Source: Pseudomonadota bacterium
GTDB lineage: Bacteria > Pseudomonadota > Alphaproteobacteria > RF32 > CAG-239
NCBI GenBank assembly: GCA_918234285.1
Contig: CAKJXZ020000030.1
Coordinates: forward strand, 1-64,000
Direction of reading: 5' to 3'
Length of the DNA: 64,000 nucleotides
Position 1 is the stretch's first letter; each line of letters starts with the position of its first letter. The notes under the pieces were generated by a model. The model searched no databases. It saw only the letters and a list, made by a program, of their open reading frames with translations, and was not told the DNA's origin. This document shows, in pieces, positions 17,291-26,990 of the stretch. A program made the translations under genes and the position numbers.

Positions 17291-18257
17291 ACTGTGCCGC
17301 TTCTTTTGTGCGTTTGCTTTTTTCTTCATAAGCCTTAACGATTTTAGCCACTAAGCCGTGCCGTACCACATCTTCGGAGCCGAACGTCACCGAAGAAATG
17401 TTATCTACGTTTTTCAGAGTGCTCAGCGCGTCACGCAGACCGGAAATCACGCCGCTCGGCAAATCAACCTGACTTAAATCGCCGTTGACTACCATGCGCG
17501 AATTCTCACCCAGACGGGTTAAAAACATCTTCATCTGCATCGGCGTAGTGTTCTGCGCCTCATCCAAAATAATGAAAGAATTAGCCAAAGTACGGCCGCG
17601 CATAAAGGCAAGCGGTGCGATTTCTATTTCGCCCAAAGCCAGCTTTTTATCCACCTGTTCCGCCGGCAACATTTCATAAAGCGCATCATACAGCGGGCGC
17701 AGATACGGATCGACTTTTTCCTTTAAATCGCCCGGCAAAAAGCCCAGATTTTCGCCGGCTTCCACCGCCGGCCGCGACAGGATAATCTTATCTATCGTGC
17801 CCTCAAGCATCATTGAAACCGCCAATGCCACCGCCAGATAAGTTTTACCGGTACCGGCCGGTCCGAGGCCGAACACCAATTCATTTTTCATCATTTCCTG
17901 AATATATTTGGCTTGGTTGGCCGAACGCGGATAAATATAGCGTTTTTTGGTTTTGAGCACAATATCTGTCATATTCTGTTTATCATCTTCGGTGCGCACA
18001 TCGCCGCTCATTCTGACGGCCGCTTTCACTTCCTGTTCGCCCACATCAACTCCGCGGCTGACCTTGTTATACAATATTTCAATCGCCGTTTTGGCATTTT
18101 CCACATCGCTTGCACTGCCCTTGACCGTAATCTGATTACCGAAGCTCAAAATCTCCACATTGAGCATTTTCTCAATCAGTCGCAAATTGCTGTCCGCCTC
18201 TCCGACAAGCTGTTGCACCAGTTGATTGTTAAACAATTCAAAACAAATTTCCGCCAT
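17274..18257 (-). CDS. phoH: PhoH-family ATPase (YbeZ)
   Basis: GPAGTGKT, RPAVEAGENLGFLPG, RGRTL, DEAQN. Confidence 0.96.
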   Translation of the reverse strand: MAEICFELFNNQLVQQLVGEADSNLRLIEKMLNVEILSFGNQITVKGSASDVENAKTAIEILYNKVSRGVDVGEQEVKAAVRMSGDVRTEDDKQNMTDIVLKTKKRYIYPRSANQAKYIQEMMKNELVFGLGPAGTGKTYLAVALAVSMMLEGTIDKIILSRPAVEAGENLGFLPGDLKEKVDPYLRPLYDALYEMLPAEQVDKKLALGEIEIAPLAFMRGRTLANSFIILDEAQNTTPMQMKMFLTRLGENSRMVVNGDLSQVDLPSGVISGLRDALSTLKNVDNISSVTFGSEDVVRHGLVAKIVKAYEEKSKRTKEAAQYENII

Positions 18258-18258
18258 A

Positions 18259-19593
18259 TTAAATCTCCTTTCCGGTCAGCGAATTGGTAGTCGCTTCCAC
18301 AATTTTTGCTTCAATGATTTTATTGATATTAGCACCGTCTGTTTCAATATGCAAGTTTTGCATATACGGAGTGCGTCCGATAAGTTGCCCTTTGTGCCGC
18401 CCCTTTTGTTCCAGCAGCACCGGCATTACCTTATCGACACATGCCAGATTAAACTTGGTTTGATAATCAAACAAAAGAGTTTGCAAAATATCCAAACGTT
18501 CTTTTTTAACTTTTTCTTCCACCTGATTATCCATTACCGCCGCCGGTGTTCCCGCTCTGCGGCTGTATTTAAATGAAAACGCCTGAATATATTTCACTTC
18601 GTTTACCACATCGAGCGTTTTCTGAAAATCCTCGTCGCTTTCCCCCGGAAATCCGACAATAAAGTCCGACGACATTCCGATGTTAGGATTGGCTTTCTTA
18701 AGTTTTTCCACGATTCGCAAATAATCTCCGGATGTATGTCGCCGATTCATCGCCTTCAAAATCCGATCCGAGCCGGACTGTATCGGCAAATGCAAATATG
18801 GCATTAATACATCTATATCCTTATGGCAGGCAATCAACTCGTCGCTCATATCCGCCGGATAAGATGTTGTATAGCGAATACGCTTTATTCCGTCAAGCTC
18901 CGCCACCCGATGTAACAAATAAGCCAAATCACGTTCCTTGCCGTTCGCATCTTCGCCGTGATACGAGTTGACATTTTGCCCCAACAAATTGATTTCCAGC
19001 GTACCGGTCGCCAAAAGGCGCTTGGCTTCCTTAATCACTTCTTCCACCGGCCGCGAATATTCCACCCCGCGGGTATACGGCACCACGCAATAGGTGCAGA
19101 AATTGTTGCAACCCTCTTGAATCGCCAAAAAAGAACAAGCTCCCTGTGCCTTATTTTCCGGCAGAAAATCAAACTTACTCTCGGCCGGAAATTCGGTATT
19201 AACCACGCTTTCCTGCTCTTTATTTCGCTTAATTTTGCGCAACACTTCCGGAATTTTATGATACATCAGCGGCCCGAGGGCAAAATTCACAAACGGCGCA
19301 CGTTTTATAATCTGCTCATCCTCAGCCTGCACCACGCAACCGACTACTCCGATAATCGTTGACTTGCCGGCTTCTTCACGTTCCAACTGAATCAAATGTG
19401 CCCGTCCCAAATCGGAAAACAGTTTTTCCGCCGCCTTTTCACGAATATGGCAGGTATTGAACAGCACAATATCGGCATCGGCCTGTCTTGACGTTTCCTC
19501 ATAGCCTTCATTTTTCAGCATATCGGCGATTCGCGATGAATCATAGACATTCATTTGACAACCGAAAGTTTTAATAAAATATTTTTCAGACAC
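18259..19593 (-). CDS. miaB: tRNA-2-methylthio-N6-dimethylallyladenosine synthase
   Basis: TFGCQMNVYDS, NTCHIREKA, GCNNFCTYC; miaB-phoH-ybeY-lnt operon. Confidence 0.97.
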   Translation of the reverse strand: MSEKYFIKTFGCQMNVYDSSRIADMLKNEGYEETSRQADADIVLFNTCHIREKAAEKLFSDLGRAHLIQLEREEAGKSTIIGVVGCVVQAEDEQIIKRAPFVNFALGPLMYHKIPEVLRKIKRNKEQESVVNTEFPAESKFDFLPENKAQGACSFLAIQEGCNNFCTYCVVPYTRGVEYSRPVEEVIKEAKRLLATGTLEINLLGQNVNSYHGEDANGKERDLAYLLHRVAELDGIKRIRYTTSYPADMSDELIACHKDIDVLMPYLHLPIQSGSDRILKAMNRRHTSGDYLRIVEKLKKANPNIGMSSDFIVGFPGESDEDFQKTLDVVNEVKYIQAFSFKYSRRAGTPAAVMDNQVEEKVKKERLDILQTLLFDYQTKFNLACVDKVMPVLLEQKGRHKGQLIGRTPYMQNLHIETDGANINKIIEAKIVEATTNSLTGKEI

Positions 19594-19674
19594 TTCATAT
19601 TTCCTTATATTTTCGTTATCTTCATCATTAAGCTATTATCCGCAAAATTTCAAATCTTTTTTATAGATTACACC

Positions 19675-19710
19675 AAAAAACCGCAGAACATTATGCTCTG
19701 CGGTTTTTTT
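19675..19710 (-). terminator. Intrinsic terminator
   Basis: AAAAAACCGCAGA..TCTGCGGTTTTTTT. Confidence 0.7.
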
Positions 19711-19724
19711 CGATGTTTTAAAGC

Positions 19725-20384
19725 TCAGAAAATGTCTAACACGGCCGGCCGACATTTTGCCTTAATCTTGGCGATGTCGGGTGCATAACCGTCGAGAACC
19801 CGATACAGCATTATCTGTACCGGAAAACGTTGCAAGACATCGTCATAATCAGCAACTCCCCTCAGTTCAAAAGCATATTGCTCATCGGGGCTTACCGCAG
19901 ACGGCAACTGTCGCAGCACTTCGGCGGCACTGACACTGACCATCCTATCCCCGTCAGCCAACAGGTATGGGACGGAGTACACCGTAAACCTCGTCAGCAC
20001 CTTCAGCTTCCCTACCGAGAGGATACCGTCGCCGTAATTAAAGACAATACTTTGGCCGAATTCCTTCACGAAATTCTCGTTCAGATTGCCGGTAATGGCC
20101 CAAGCCAGGAGATCATCCTCTTTGCTTCCGCCCATAACCTTGCAACGACTGTCAATACACTCCGGTTCCATGGAAGTTCCGTACGCTTGAATACGCTTGC
20201 GAAGCCTTACCAGCGGCTTGGCATAACTAAAACGCTTAATAACCTCGGCATCGGGAATGGCTTCTGCCTCCAACAGTTGACGATAGATCTCAACGCTCTG
20301 ATTCTGCAAAAACTGGCATTCCGCCCTAAACTCCGGACGTTCCATAAAGAGTTGCAACTCTTTCTCCACATTCTTTTTGTTCAT
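19725..20384 (-). CDS. Hypothetical protein
   Basis: 219 aa from ATG 20384; own terminator; no family recognised. Confidence 0.65.
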   Translation of the reverse strand: MNKKNVEKELQLFMERPEFRAECQFLQNQSVEIYRQLLEAEAIPDAEVIKRFSYAKPLVRLRKRIQAYGTSMEPECIDSRCKVMGGSKEDDLLAWAITGNLNENFVKEFGQSIVFNYGDGILSVGKLKVLTRFTVYSVPYLLADGDRMVSVSAAEVLRQLPSAVSPDEQYAFELRGVADYDDVLQRFPVQIMLYRVLDGYAPDIAKIKAKCRPAVLDIF

Positions 20385-20620
20385 AATCTGATTTTTTTTG
20401 ATGATAATAAAGGATATATAAATGATAAAAAACCTGCTTTGAACATATAATAAAAAGAATCCGAATGCAATACTTTTTTCGTCAAAAAATATACCGGCCG
20501 CCGCTTTTATAAAATTGCGACAATTTAGCAAAATAATGCACCGAAGCGAAAATTTATAATTTTTTAATTTGTCTTATGTAAAATACGCTCTATATTAGTG
20601 TCTGAAGGAGAGGTACCCGT

Positions 20621-21055
20621 ATGTCCAACATTACCAACATTCTGCCGTCATACCTTAATTCGGCATCCGCAGAAGAAAAAATCATTTTCTTCAAAGTATT
20701 GCTTCACTTGGCCGATGCGGACGGCTTTACCGATAAAAACGAGATAACTTTCATTAAAGAGGCGGCGCAGGCCCAAGGTATTGAAGTTGACAGCCTCAAA
20801 GATTTTGATGATGAAGCAAAAGTTTTGGAAGAAGTCAGAATCATCAAAAATCGCCATCTGGCAATGGAACTGATTCGCGAAATGTGTATGCTTTCTCACG
20901 TTGACAATATCCTTTCCGACGAAGAAACGCTGTTTATAGGTAAAGTCGGTATTGCCCTCGGAATCGAGATGGAAAAAATCGAACAAATAAGCAACTGGGT
21001 AATCGACCACATCTTCTGGTTGGAGCAGGCTAAAGTTATTTTTGAGGAAAGATAA
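20621..21055 (+). CDS. TerB-like protein
   Basis: Duplicated LADADG..E and LSHVDNILSDEE motifs typical of the TerB fold. Confidence 0.75.
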   Translation: MSNITNILPSYLNSASAEEKIIFFKVLLHLADADGFTDKNEITFIKEAAQAQGIEVDSLKDFDDEAKVLEEVRIIKNRHLAMELIREMCMLSHVDNILSDEETLFIGKVGIALGIEMEKIEQISNWVIDHIFWLEQAKVIFEER

Positions 21056-21059
21056 TTTT

Positions 21060-21962
21060 ATGGGGCGTTACGAAAACTGTGCACATTTTGATGCTTTATA
21101 TGACGCAACGGAAAACTGTTTTCCGGCAGTCAGTCGTCAAAACGCCTGCACCATTTTGCGTGAAGTGATTTTGGCGCCCGACGATTACACTGTCGAATTC
21201 GGCAGTAAAACTTATGATAAGCCGGAAATAATGGATAAACTGGCCAAGGAATTAGCCTTGAGCTGTGTTTACGAATCACCGGAGCAAACGCATTACGATA
21301 TTTTGGAAAATGCCGCCAACATTATCAAGCACATGAACGACGGCTATATAACACGAGAAGATTACGAAGAAAGAACCGATTTTCTGGAAATGGTCGAACG
21401 CTATGAGTTTACGCTGTTTACCGCCTTTTGTCTGCTTCGTGCCCTGGATACGGATGATACGTCCCGTCTTGAAGAATTGCGCCTTAATATCACCCGTTTG
21501 CGTGAAATTCATGATTTGATTTCAAATTATACCCGTGATGAAACAGATACCGAAGTCGGCCGCGAAGATTATGAACGCGCCAAGCCGATTTATAAAATGC
21601 TTAAATCACTTCAGAGTTTGGGTTATGACTATAATTTCAGCCCGAAAGAGCGTGCCAGTTTGGATATTGACCACGAGGACGACACCGATTTAACCGATTC
21701 GTTCAATGCCGTAAATTGGCTCAAAAGGATTATGTTATTAGAGTTGCGACTTGAGGTGGGAACGCCGATGGAAACAAGAGAATCTGCCGCGGCTCCGCAA
21801 AACGAAGCACCGCAAAGCGCACCAGCACCGGCAAGCGACGATATAAGCGAACGTATTGCCCAATTGCGCGGCACATATAATAAAAGAAGATTTGACAAGA
21901 ACAGATTTCTTGTGTTAGAAAAAGCTAAAGCATCGTCACCGAGCGGTGACAATATTGATTAA
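21060..21962 (+). CDS. Hypothetical protein
   Basis: 300-aa acidic ORF within an operon. Confidence 0.7.
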   Translation: MGRYENCAHFDALYDATENCFPAVSRQNACTILREVILAPDDYTVEFGSKTYDKPEIMDKLAKELALSCVYESPEQTHYDILENAANIIKHMNDGYITREDYEERTDFLEMVERYEFTLFTAFCLLRALDTDDTSRLEELRLNITRLREIHDLISNYTRDETDTEVGREDYERAKPIYKMLKSLQSLGYDYNFSPKERASLDIDHEDDTDLTDSFNAVNWLKRIMLLELRLEVGTPMETRESAAAPQNEAPQSAPAPASDDISERIAQLRGTYNKRRFDKNRFLVLEKAKASSPSGDNID

Positions 21963-21975
21963 GGAGTTAAAAAAA

Positions 21976-22296
21976 ATGGGAATTATCGCATTATTCTTAT
22001 TACCGCTGTTAAATATACTCAATATTGCGATTGATATTTATTTCAAAATTGTGGCCGTGGATATCATTCTTTATTGGATGTTCCATTATAAACTGATGTC
22101 CGTACACAATAAATATTCGGAAAAATTCATGGAAATTTTAAAAAACCTGACCGAGCCTGTATATAAATTAATTCGGCAGAAAGTTCCGCCTATTTCCGGC
22201 TACGATGTTGCCCCGTATGTTTTATTGCTGGCCATCATCTTTGCATATCAGTTTGTGGCATACCTGACCGAGTGGGTTAAACAGGGATTGATGTGA
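21976..22296 (+). CDS. yggT: YggT-family membrane protein
   Basis: LTEPVYKLIRQKVPPISGYDVAP. Confidence 0.85.
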   Translation: MGIIALFLLPLLNILNIAIDIYFKIVAVDIILYWMFHYKLMSVHNKYSEKFMEILKNLTEPVYKLIRQKVPPISGYDVAPYVLLLAIIFAYQFVAYLTEWVKQGLM

Positions 22297-22637
22297 TACA
22301 GTCTTTTTTCGAACCGAGCAAAGACGGATTTTCCGTTCGCATCAAATTAACACCCAACGCTTCATTTTGTGGTTTCGGTGAACTTTTCGTTTATGCCGAC
22401 GGCGCAGTTTATTTGAAAGCCGGAGTTACCACCGCTCCCGAAAAGGGCAAGGCCAACAAAGAACTGATTAAAATGTTAGCTGAAGAACTGGAAATATCCA
22501 AACAGAGTATCGAGCTGATATCCGGCGCCACTACGCACTACAAAAAATTTTATGTTGCCCTGCCGCTCACTCCGCAACTGCAAAATAAACTGAATAATTT
22601 AGTTAAAGGAGATAAGAATGACTGCCCAAATAATTGA
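22293..22637 (+). CDS. DUF167 (YggU) family protein
   Basis: IKLTPNAS, APEKGKANKELI, ELISGATTHYK. Confidence 0.88.
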   Translation: MIQSFFEPSKDGFSVRIKLTPNASFCGFGELFVYADGAVYLKAGVTTAPEKGKANKELIKMLAEELEISKQSIELISGATTHYKKFYVALPLTPQLQNKLNNLVKGDKNDCPNN

Positions 22638-23466
22638 CGGACGAATGATTGCCGCACAAATTCGCGACAGCCTTAAACAGCAGATTTCCGTTTTGCCGCA
22701 AGCTCCGAAACTGGCCATAATTTTAGTGGGCAACGACTACTCCAGCCTGATTTATGTGCGCAACAAGCAAAAAGCCGCCGCCCAAATCGGCATGGAAACG
22801 CAACTTTTTCACCTTGGGGAAACAACTTCCGAAAGCGATTTGTTGCAACTAATTGACCAATGTAATGCCGATTCGCAGACAAACGGTATCATCGTGCAAT
22901 TACCGTTGCCGGAGCATTTGGATACCCACCGCATTATCAACCGTATCTTGCCGCAAAAAGATGTCGACGGCTTTCATCCGTATAATACCGGTATGTTACA
23001 AAACAACGAAAAACCGTATTTTATCGCGGCAACGCCTCTCGGAATTATGACTTTGATCAAATCCGTATGTCCGATTCTGAGCGGCAAAAACGTGGTTATC
23101 ATCGGGGCTTCGTTGATTGTCGGTCGACCGCTCGCCACCTTGATGCTTAATCAAGAATGTACGGTAACGATTACTCATATTCATACCCAAAACATTAAGG
23201 AATTGACACGCAAAGCCGATATTTTGGTGGCTGCCTGCGGTGTCGCCAAATTGGTCAAGAGTGACTGGTTGAAACCGGGTGCGGTTTTAATTGATGTCGG
23301 TATCAATCGTCAAAATGAAAAAATTTGCGGTGACATAGATTTCGATGATGTTACACCCGTTGCTTCCGCCATTACGCCGGTACCGGGCGGAGTAGGACCG
23401 ATGACTATTGCCATGCTCCTGAAGAACACTCTCGATGCATATTTTTTGCAAAACAAACCTCTTTAA
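22618..23466 (+). CDS. folD: Methylenetetrahydrofolate dehydrogenase/cyclohydrolase
   Basis: YVRNK, GIIVQLPLP, KDVDGFHP, ITPVPGGVGPMT. Confidence 0.98.
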   Translation: MTAQIIDGRMIAAQIRDSLKQQISVLPQAPKLAIILVGNDYSSLIYVRNKQKAAAQIGMETQLFHLGETTSESDLLQLIDQCNADSQTNGIIVQLPLPEHLDTHRIINRILPQKDVDGFHPYNTGMLQNNEKPYFIAATPLGIMTLIKSVCPILSGKNVVIIGASLIVGRPLATLMLNQECTVTITHIHTQNIKELTRKADILVAACGVAKLVKSDWLKPGAVLIDVGINRQNEKICGDIDFDDVTPVASAITPVPGGVGPMTIAMLLKNTLDAYFLQNKPL

Positions 23467-23520
23467 TCTGCTCGTTTTGCCATTATATTTAAAACCTCGT
23501 TTATTGATGGAGGTAAATAT

Positions 23521-24153
23521 ATGCGACAAACAAATTCTGCCGACATTTTCTATTATGATGCCAGTCATGGCGTACGTTCAGCCTTCAGTGATATTTTTGA
23601 AAACAAGGCATTAAAAACATTCACCACCGACAATATTTATCAGTTTTTGCGCTATGCCGAAGAGCTGTCACCGACCGTTATGATTTTCAACTTAAGCGGA
23701 AGCGATAAGCAAATTGCCGCCACCGTACAAAATTTTGAAAACAAAATAAGAGTCGCCGACTTTCCGATTATTGTGATGCGCTCGCAAAACGAAACTTTTG
23801 AACTCAACCCGTCGGTGGCACATTATTTGAGTATGCCGCTCGATTATTACCGGCTCACCGATATCATAGAAAGCTACAGTTTTGGCGCCAAAAATCACCA
23901 AATACTGCTGCTAGACCGCTTTTCTCCGCATTCGGATAAACTGCACGAATGGCTGGCAGCCCGCAACATTTCTTATTTTGAGGTACACAACGTTGATGCG
24001 GCTGCCCGCTATTTGCAAAAAAATCAACCGTATGCGGTATGGATTGAATATGCGCCGGAATTTATAGCCGCCCGCCACGGTTTATCGCATCAACGAATTT
24101 TTTATGTGGATAGACATCAGGATACAGCTGAAATTCAAAAGTTTTTGCCTTAG
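23521..24153 (+). CDS. Hypothetical protein, possibly tandem degenerate receiver-like domains
   Basis: PTVMIFNL, FPIIVM, HYLSMP pattern; strong SD GGAGG. Confidence 0.6.
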   Translation: MRQTNSADIFYYDASHGVRSAFSDIFENKALKTFTTDNIYQFLRYAEELSPTVMIFNLSGSDKQIAATVQNFENKIRVADFPIIVMRSQNETFELNPSVAHYLSMPLDYYRLTDIIESYSFGAKNHQILLLDRFSPHSDKLHEWLAARNISYFEVHNVDAAARYLQKNQPYAVWIEYAPEFIAARHGLSHQRIFYVDRHQDTAEIQKFLP

Positions 24154-24188
24154 TATTGCTTCATATTTGCAACAGTTAAGGGGAAAAT

Positions 24189-24782
24189 ATGTCTTTCAAC
24201 AGCTTTGTTCGTCGCATTTATGACGAGGTTATTCACCTGTCTGCCAAACAACACGCACTGTTTTGGCTGGCGGTGATATCGTTTGTCGAGAGCTCGTTTT
24301 TCCCGATTCCACCCGATATAATGCTGATTCCGATGATTTTGGCTGCTCCGAAACAGGCCTGGAAAATCGCCGGTGTATGCACTGTTGCCAGCGTTATCGG
24401 GGCTTATCTCGGATATATCATCGGTTTCTATTTCTTCCAACTCATCGCTGAGCCGTTGCTGAATTTCTACGGATATTTGGAAAAATTCAACGAGTTCAAA
24501 GACCTTTATAACGAATACGGCGCTTGGATAGTGTTTGGGGCCGGCATTACTCCGTTTCCGTATAAAATCATCACCATCGCCAGCGGTGTTGTTCACTTAA
24601 ATCTGGCTGTGTTCACCGTTGCCTCGGTTATTGCCCGCGGCTTAAGATTTTTTCTGATTGCCTGGTTATTATACGCATACGGCGAAAAAATGCGTACGTT
24701 TATTGAAAAAAATCTCGGTTGGCTGTCGGTATTGTTCTTAATCTTGCTGATTGGCGGCTTCGCTCTGCTCAAGTTTCTCTGA
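24189..24782 (+). CDS. YqaA/DedA-family membrane protein
   Basis: SFVESSFFPIPPD, GITPFPYK, ARGLRFF. Confidence 0.92.
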   Translation: MSFNSFVRRIYDEVIHLSAKQHALFWLAVISFVESSFFPIPPDIMLIPMILAAPKQAWKIAGVCTVASVIGAYLGYIIGFYFFQLIAEPLLNFYGYLEKFNEFKDLYNEYGAWIVFGAGITPFPYKIITIASGVVHLNLAVFTVASVIARGLRFFLIAWLLYAYGEKMRTFIEKNLGWLSVLFLILLIGGFALLKFL

Positions 24783-25304
24783 GATATCTTTCTTGAGCTT
24801 CATCATATAATCCACCACATCTTGGTCTTCCCAATTGATTGAACCGGTAATCTGCCCGACTTCTTCACCGTTTTTATTAACCAAAATCGCCGTCGGTGTT
24901 ACCGCAATCGCCATACCGCCGCGAAAATTCGATTTACGGTCATTATAACTGACCATATTATCGGCGCCGAGCCGTTTCAAAAACGCCCGCTTTTCCGCCG
25001 CCGACTTCCACTCATTATCCGGCGATATTAAGATAACTTCTATCCCTTTGCCCATTGTTTTACGCACAAATCGCCCCAGATGCATCAAATCTTTCAAACA
25101 CGGACCGCACGTCCGAGACCAAACGACGGCCATCAGCAAATCTGATTTAAACTCCGTCAGCTTATAGGCATTGCCGTTGTCGTCATAAATGCTCAGTTGC
25201 GGAATATAACGCGCCTTCGGAAACATGTTTATTTTAGCCTCTGCCGTGCCGATGCATACTGCAAGCAACAACAAAACCGTAAATATTTTCAAGATCTTAT
25301 TCAT
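24738..25304 (-). CDS. TlpA/ResA-like exported thioredoxin
   Basis: Signal peptide, WSRTCGPC, TPTAILVNKNG. Confidence 0.88.
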   Translation of the reverse strand: MNKILKIFTVLLLLAVCIGTAEAKINMFPKARYIPQLSIYDDNGNAYKLTEFKSDLLMAVVWSRTCGPCLKDLMHLGRFVRKTMGKGIEVILISPDNEWKSAAEKRAFLKRLGADNMVSYNDRKSNFRGGMAIAVTPTAILVNKNGEEVGQITGSINWEDQDVVDYMMKLKKDISEKLEQSEAANQQD

Positions 25305-25401
25305 TAATTAACAACTTTCTGCGAAAAATATAAATTATCTTTAACTTTTAACCGATAATATGCTAAATATAGTTAAAGATTCAAAAATAAAAGGTTAATA
25401 A

Positions 25402-25551
25402 ATGCAAAATCCGTATAAATTTTTTATGCTGTTGTTGATGGCAACATTTGTAATTACAAGTTTAACCGCCTGCGGACGCTATTCTAAGCCGCAACCGGTG
25501 GCGGGCAGCGGTTTTCCGCACAGTTATCCGCCCGCGGAGAGGAGTAAATAA
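25402..25551 (+). CDS. Small lipoprotein (49 aa, not in ORF track; LptM/YifL-like)
   Basis: MQNPYKFFMLLLMATFVITSLTAC-GRYSKPQPVAGSGFPHSYPP; lipobox LTAC; stop directly abuts the vWA ATG. Confidence 0.7.
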   Translation: MQNPYKFFMLLLMATFVITSLTACGRYSKPQPVAGSGFPHSYPPAERSK

Positions 25552-26232
25552 ATGGCTGACAATAATACTATCGAACGCATTCCGTATGTTGAATTTGCCG
25601 ACAATGCCAACGAACGCACGCCGTGCGTATTGGTACTCGATTGCTCCGGTTCTATGCGCGGCGAGCCGATAAAACAGCTTAATGCCGGTTTGGTGGCACT
25701 CGAAAATGAACTCAAAGACGATATTGATGCCAGTTCGCGTGTGCAATTATTGATTATCAAGGCTTTCGGAAAAGACGAAGTAAAAATCGAATCCGATTGG
25801 ACCGATGCCATGAATTTTTCGGCACCGGTGATGGAAGCCGGCGGGCTCACCCCGCTCGGCAAAGCCATGGAAACCGCTCTGCAAAAAATTGAGGAGCAAA
25901 AATGCCTTTACGACAGTTGCGGCGTAACTTCAAAGCGCCCGTGGATATTCCTTATCAGCGATGGCGAGCCGACCGATTATGGTTGGGAAGATTCCGCAGA
26001 AATCTGCCGCTATGCGCAAAAAAACAAAAAGGTAGTGATTCATGCCATCGGCACTCAGGGCGCCAATTTGGATAAATTGGCCAAGTTTTCGATGTTACCG
26101 CCGAAGCGCCTGACCGGTCTGAAGTTTACGGAATTCTTCCTCTGGCTCAGCCGCAGTGTTTCGTGCATTTCCAAGGCCGCGCCTAACGCTAACAACTATC
26201 TCGATGACATAACGGAATGGAATGAAAAGTAA
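25552..26232 (+). CDS. vWA-domain protein (TerY/YegL family)
   Basis: MIDAS DCSGS, GLTPLG, RPWIFLISDGEPTD, FFLWLSRS. Confidence 0.93.
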   Translation: MADNNTIERIPYVEFADNANERTPCVLVLDCSGSMRGEPIKQLNAGLVALENELKDDIDASSRVQLLIIKAFGKDEVKIESDWTDAMNFSAPVMEAGGLTPLGKAMETALQKIEEQKCLYDSCGVTSKRPWIFLISDGEPTDYGWEDSAEICRYAQKNKKVVIHAIGTQGANLDKLAKFSMLPPKRLTGLKFTEFFLWLSRSVSCISKAAPNANNYLDDITEWNEK

Positions 26233-26237
26233 GAAAT

Positions 26238-26990
26238 ATGCCGACAAATAACAGCAACATACGGCTTTTATCCGTCTCGGTCCGCGGCTCTTTACACAAA
26301 GCCAACGGCTTGCCTTGCCAGGATTACGGCTGTTATCGTCGGCATAAAAACAAAGCGGTCGGGATTGTTTCCGACGGTGCCGGCTCGGCCAAATATGCCC
26401 AAACCGGAGCCAAAATCATCTGCGAAACCCTGTGTGATTTGCTGATAAGAGCCAATCTGCGCAATATTCGCCAAACCGTGATTGAAGCCATCAACGTGGC
26501 GCGGCAAAAACTCATATTGCATCGCTTCAACAAAAGCAAAAGTGCTGATGATTTAATTAATTTTTCGGCAACCTTAGTCGGCTTTTTTTACCATAACGGC
26601 CGCGGGGTATTTTTCCATATCGGCGACGGCGCCGGTATTGCCTTCGGCACCGGCTCTTATGACAATATGATTATTTCCGAGCCGGAGAATGGTGCTTTTT
26701 CGTGTGAAACTTATTTTTACACTATGGACGATTGGCAGGATTGCTTGCGCTTTATTCCGTTTGAAAACGTTGACCGTTTGCTGTTGATGACTGACGGCGT
26801 AACCGGATTCGTTTTTTCCGACGATTTTTATAAAATTCATCGCAAATTCTTAATTCCGATTGTCGAATATTTGGAAAAAGAAAACCGCCGCACCTATGCC
26901 GTTAAGGCGCTGAAAAATACTTTAGACGATGTGCGCGCCCGCCGACTCAATGCCGACGATAAAACCATTTTATGGGCAAAACTGCAATGA
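26238..26990 (+). CDS. PP2C-like phosphatase (YegK family)
   Basis: GSLH..PCQD, VSDGAGSA, HIGDG, MTDGV, DDKT. Confidence 0.93.
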   Translation: MPTNNSNIRLLSVSVRGSLHKANGLPCQDYGCYRRHKNKAVGIVSDGAGSAKYAQTGAKIICETLCDLLIRANLRNIRQTVIEAINVARQKLILHRFNKSKSADDLINFSATLVGFFYHNGRGVFFHIGDGAGIAFGTGSYDNMIISEPENGAFSCETYFYTMDDWQDCLRFIPFENVDRLLLMTDGVTGFVFSDDFYKIHRKFLIPIVEYLEKENRRTYAVKALKNTLDDVRARRLNADDKTILWAKLQ

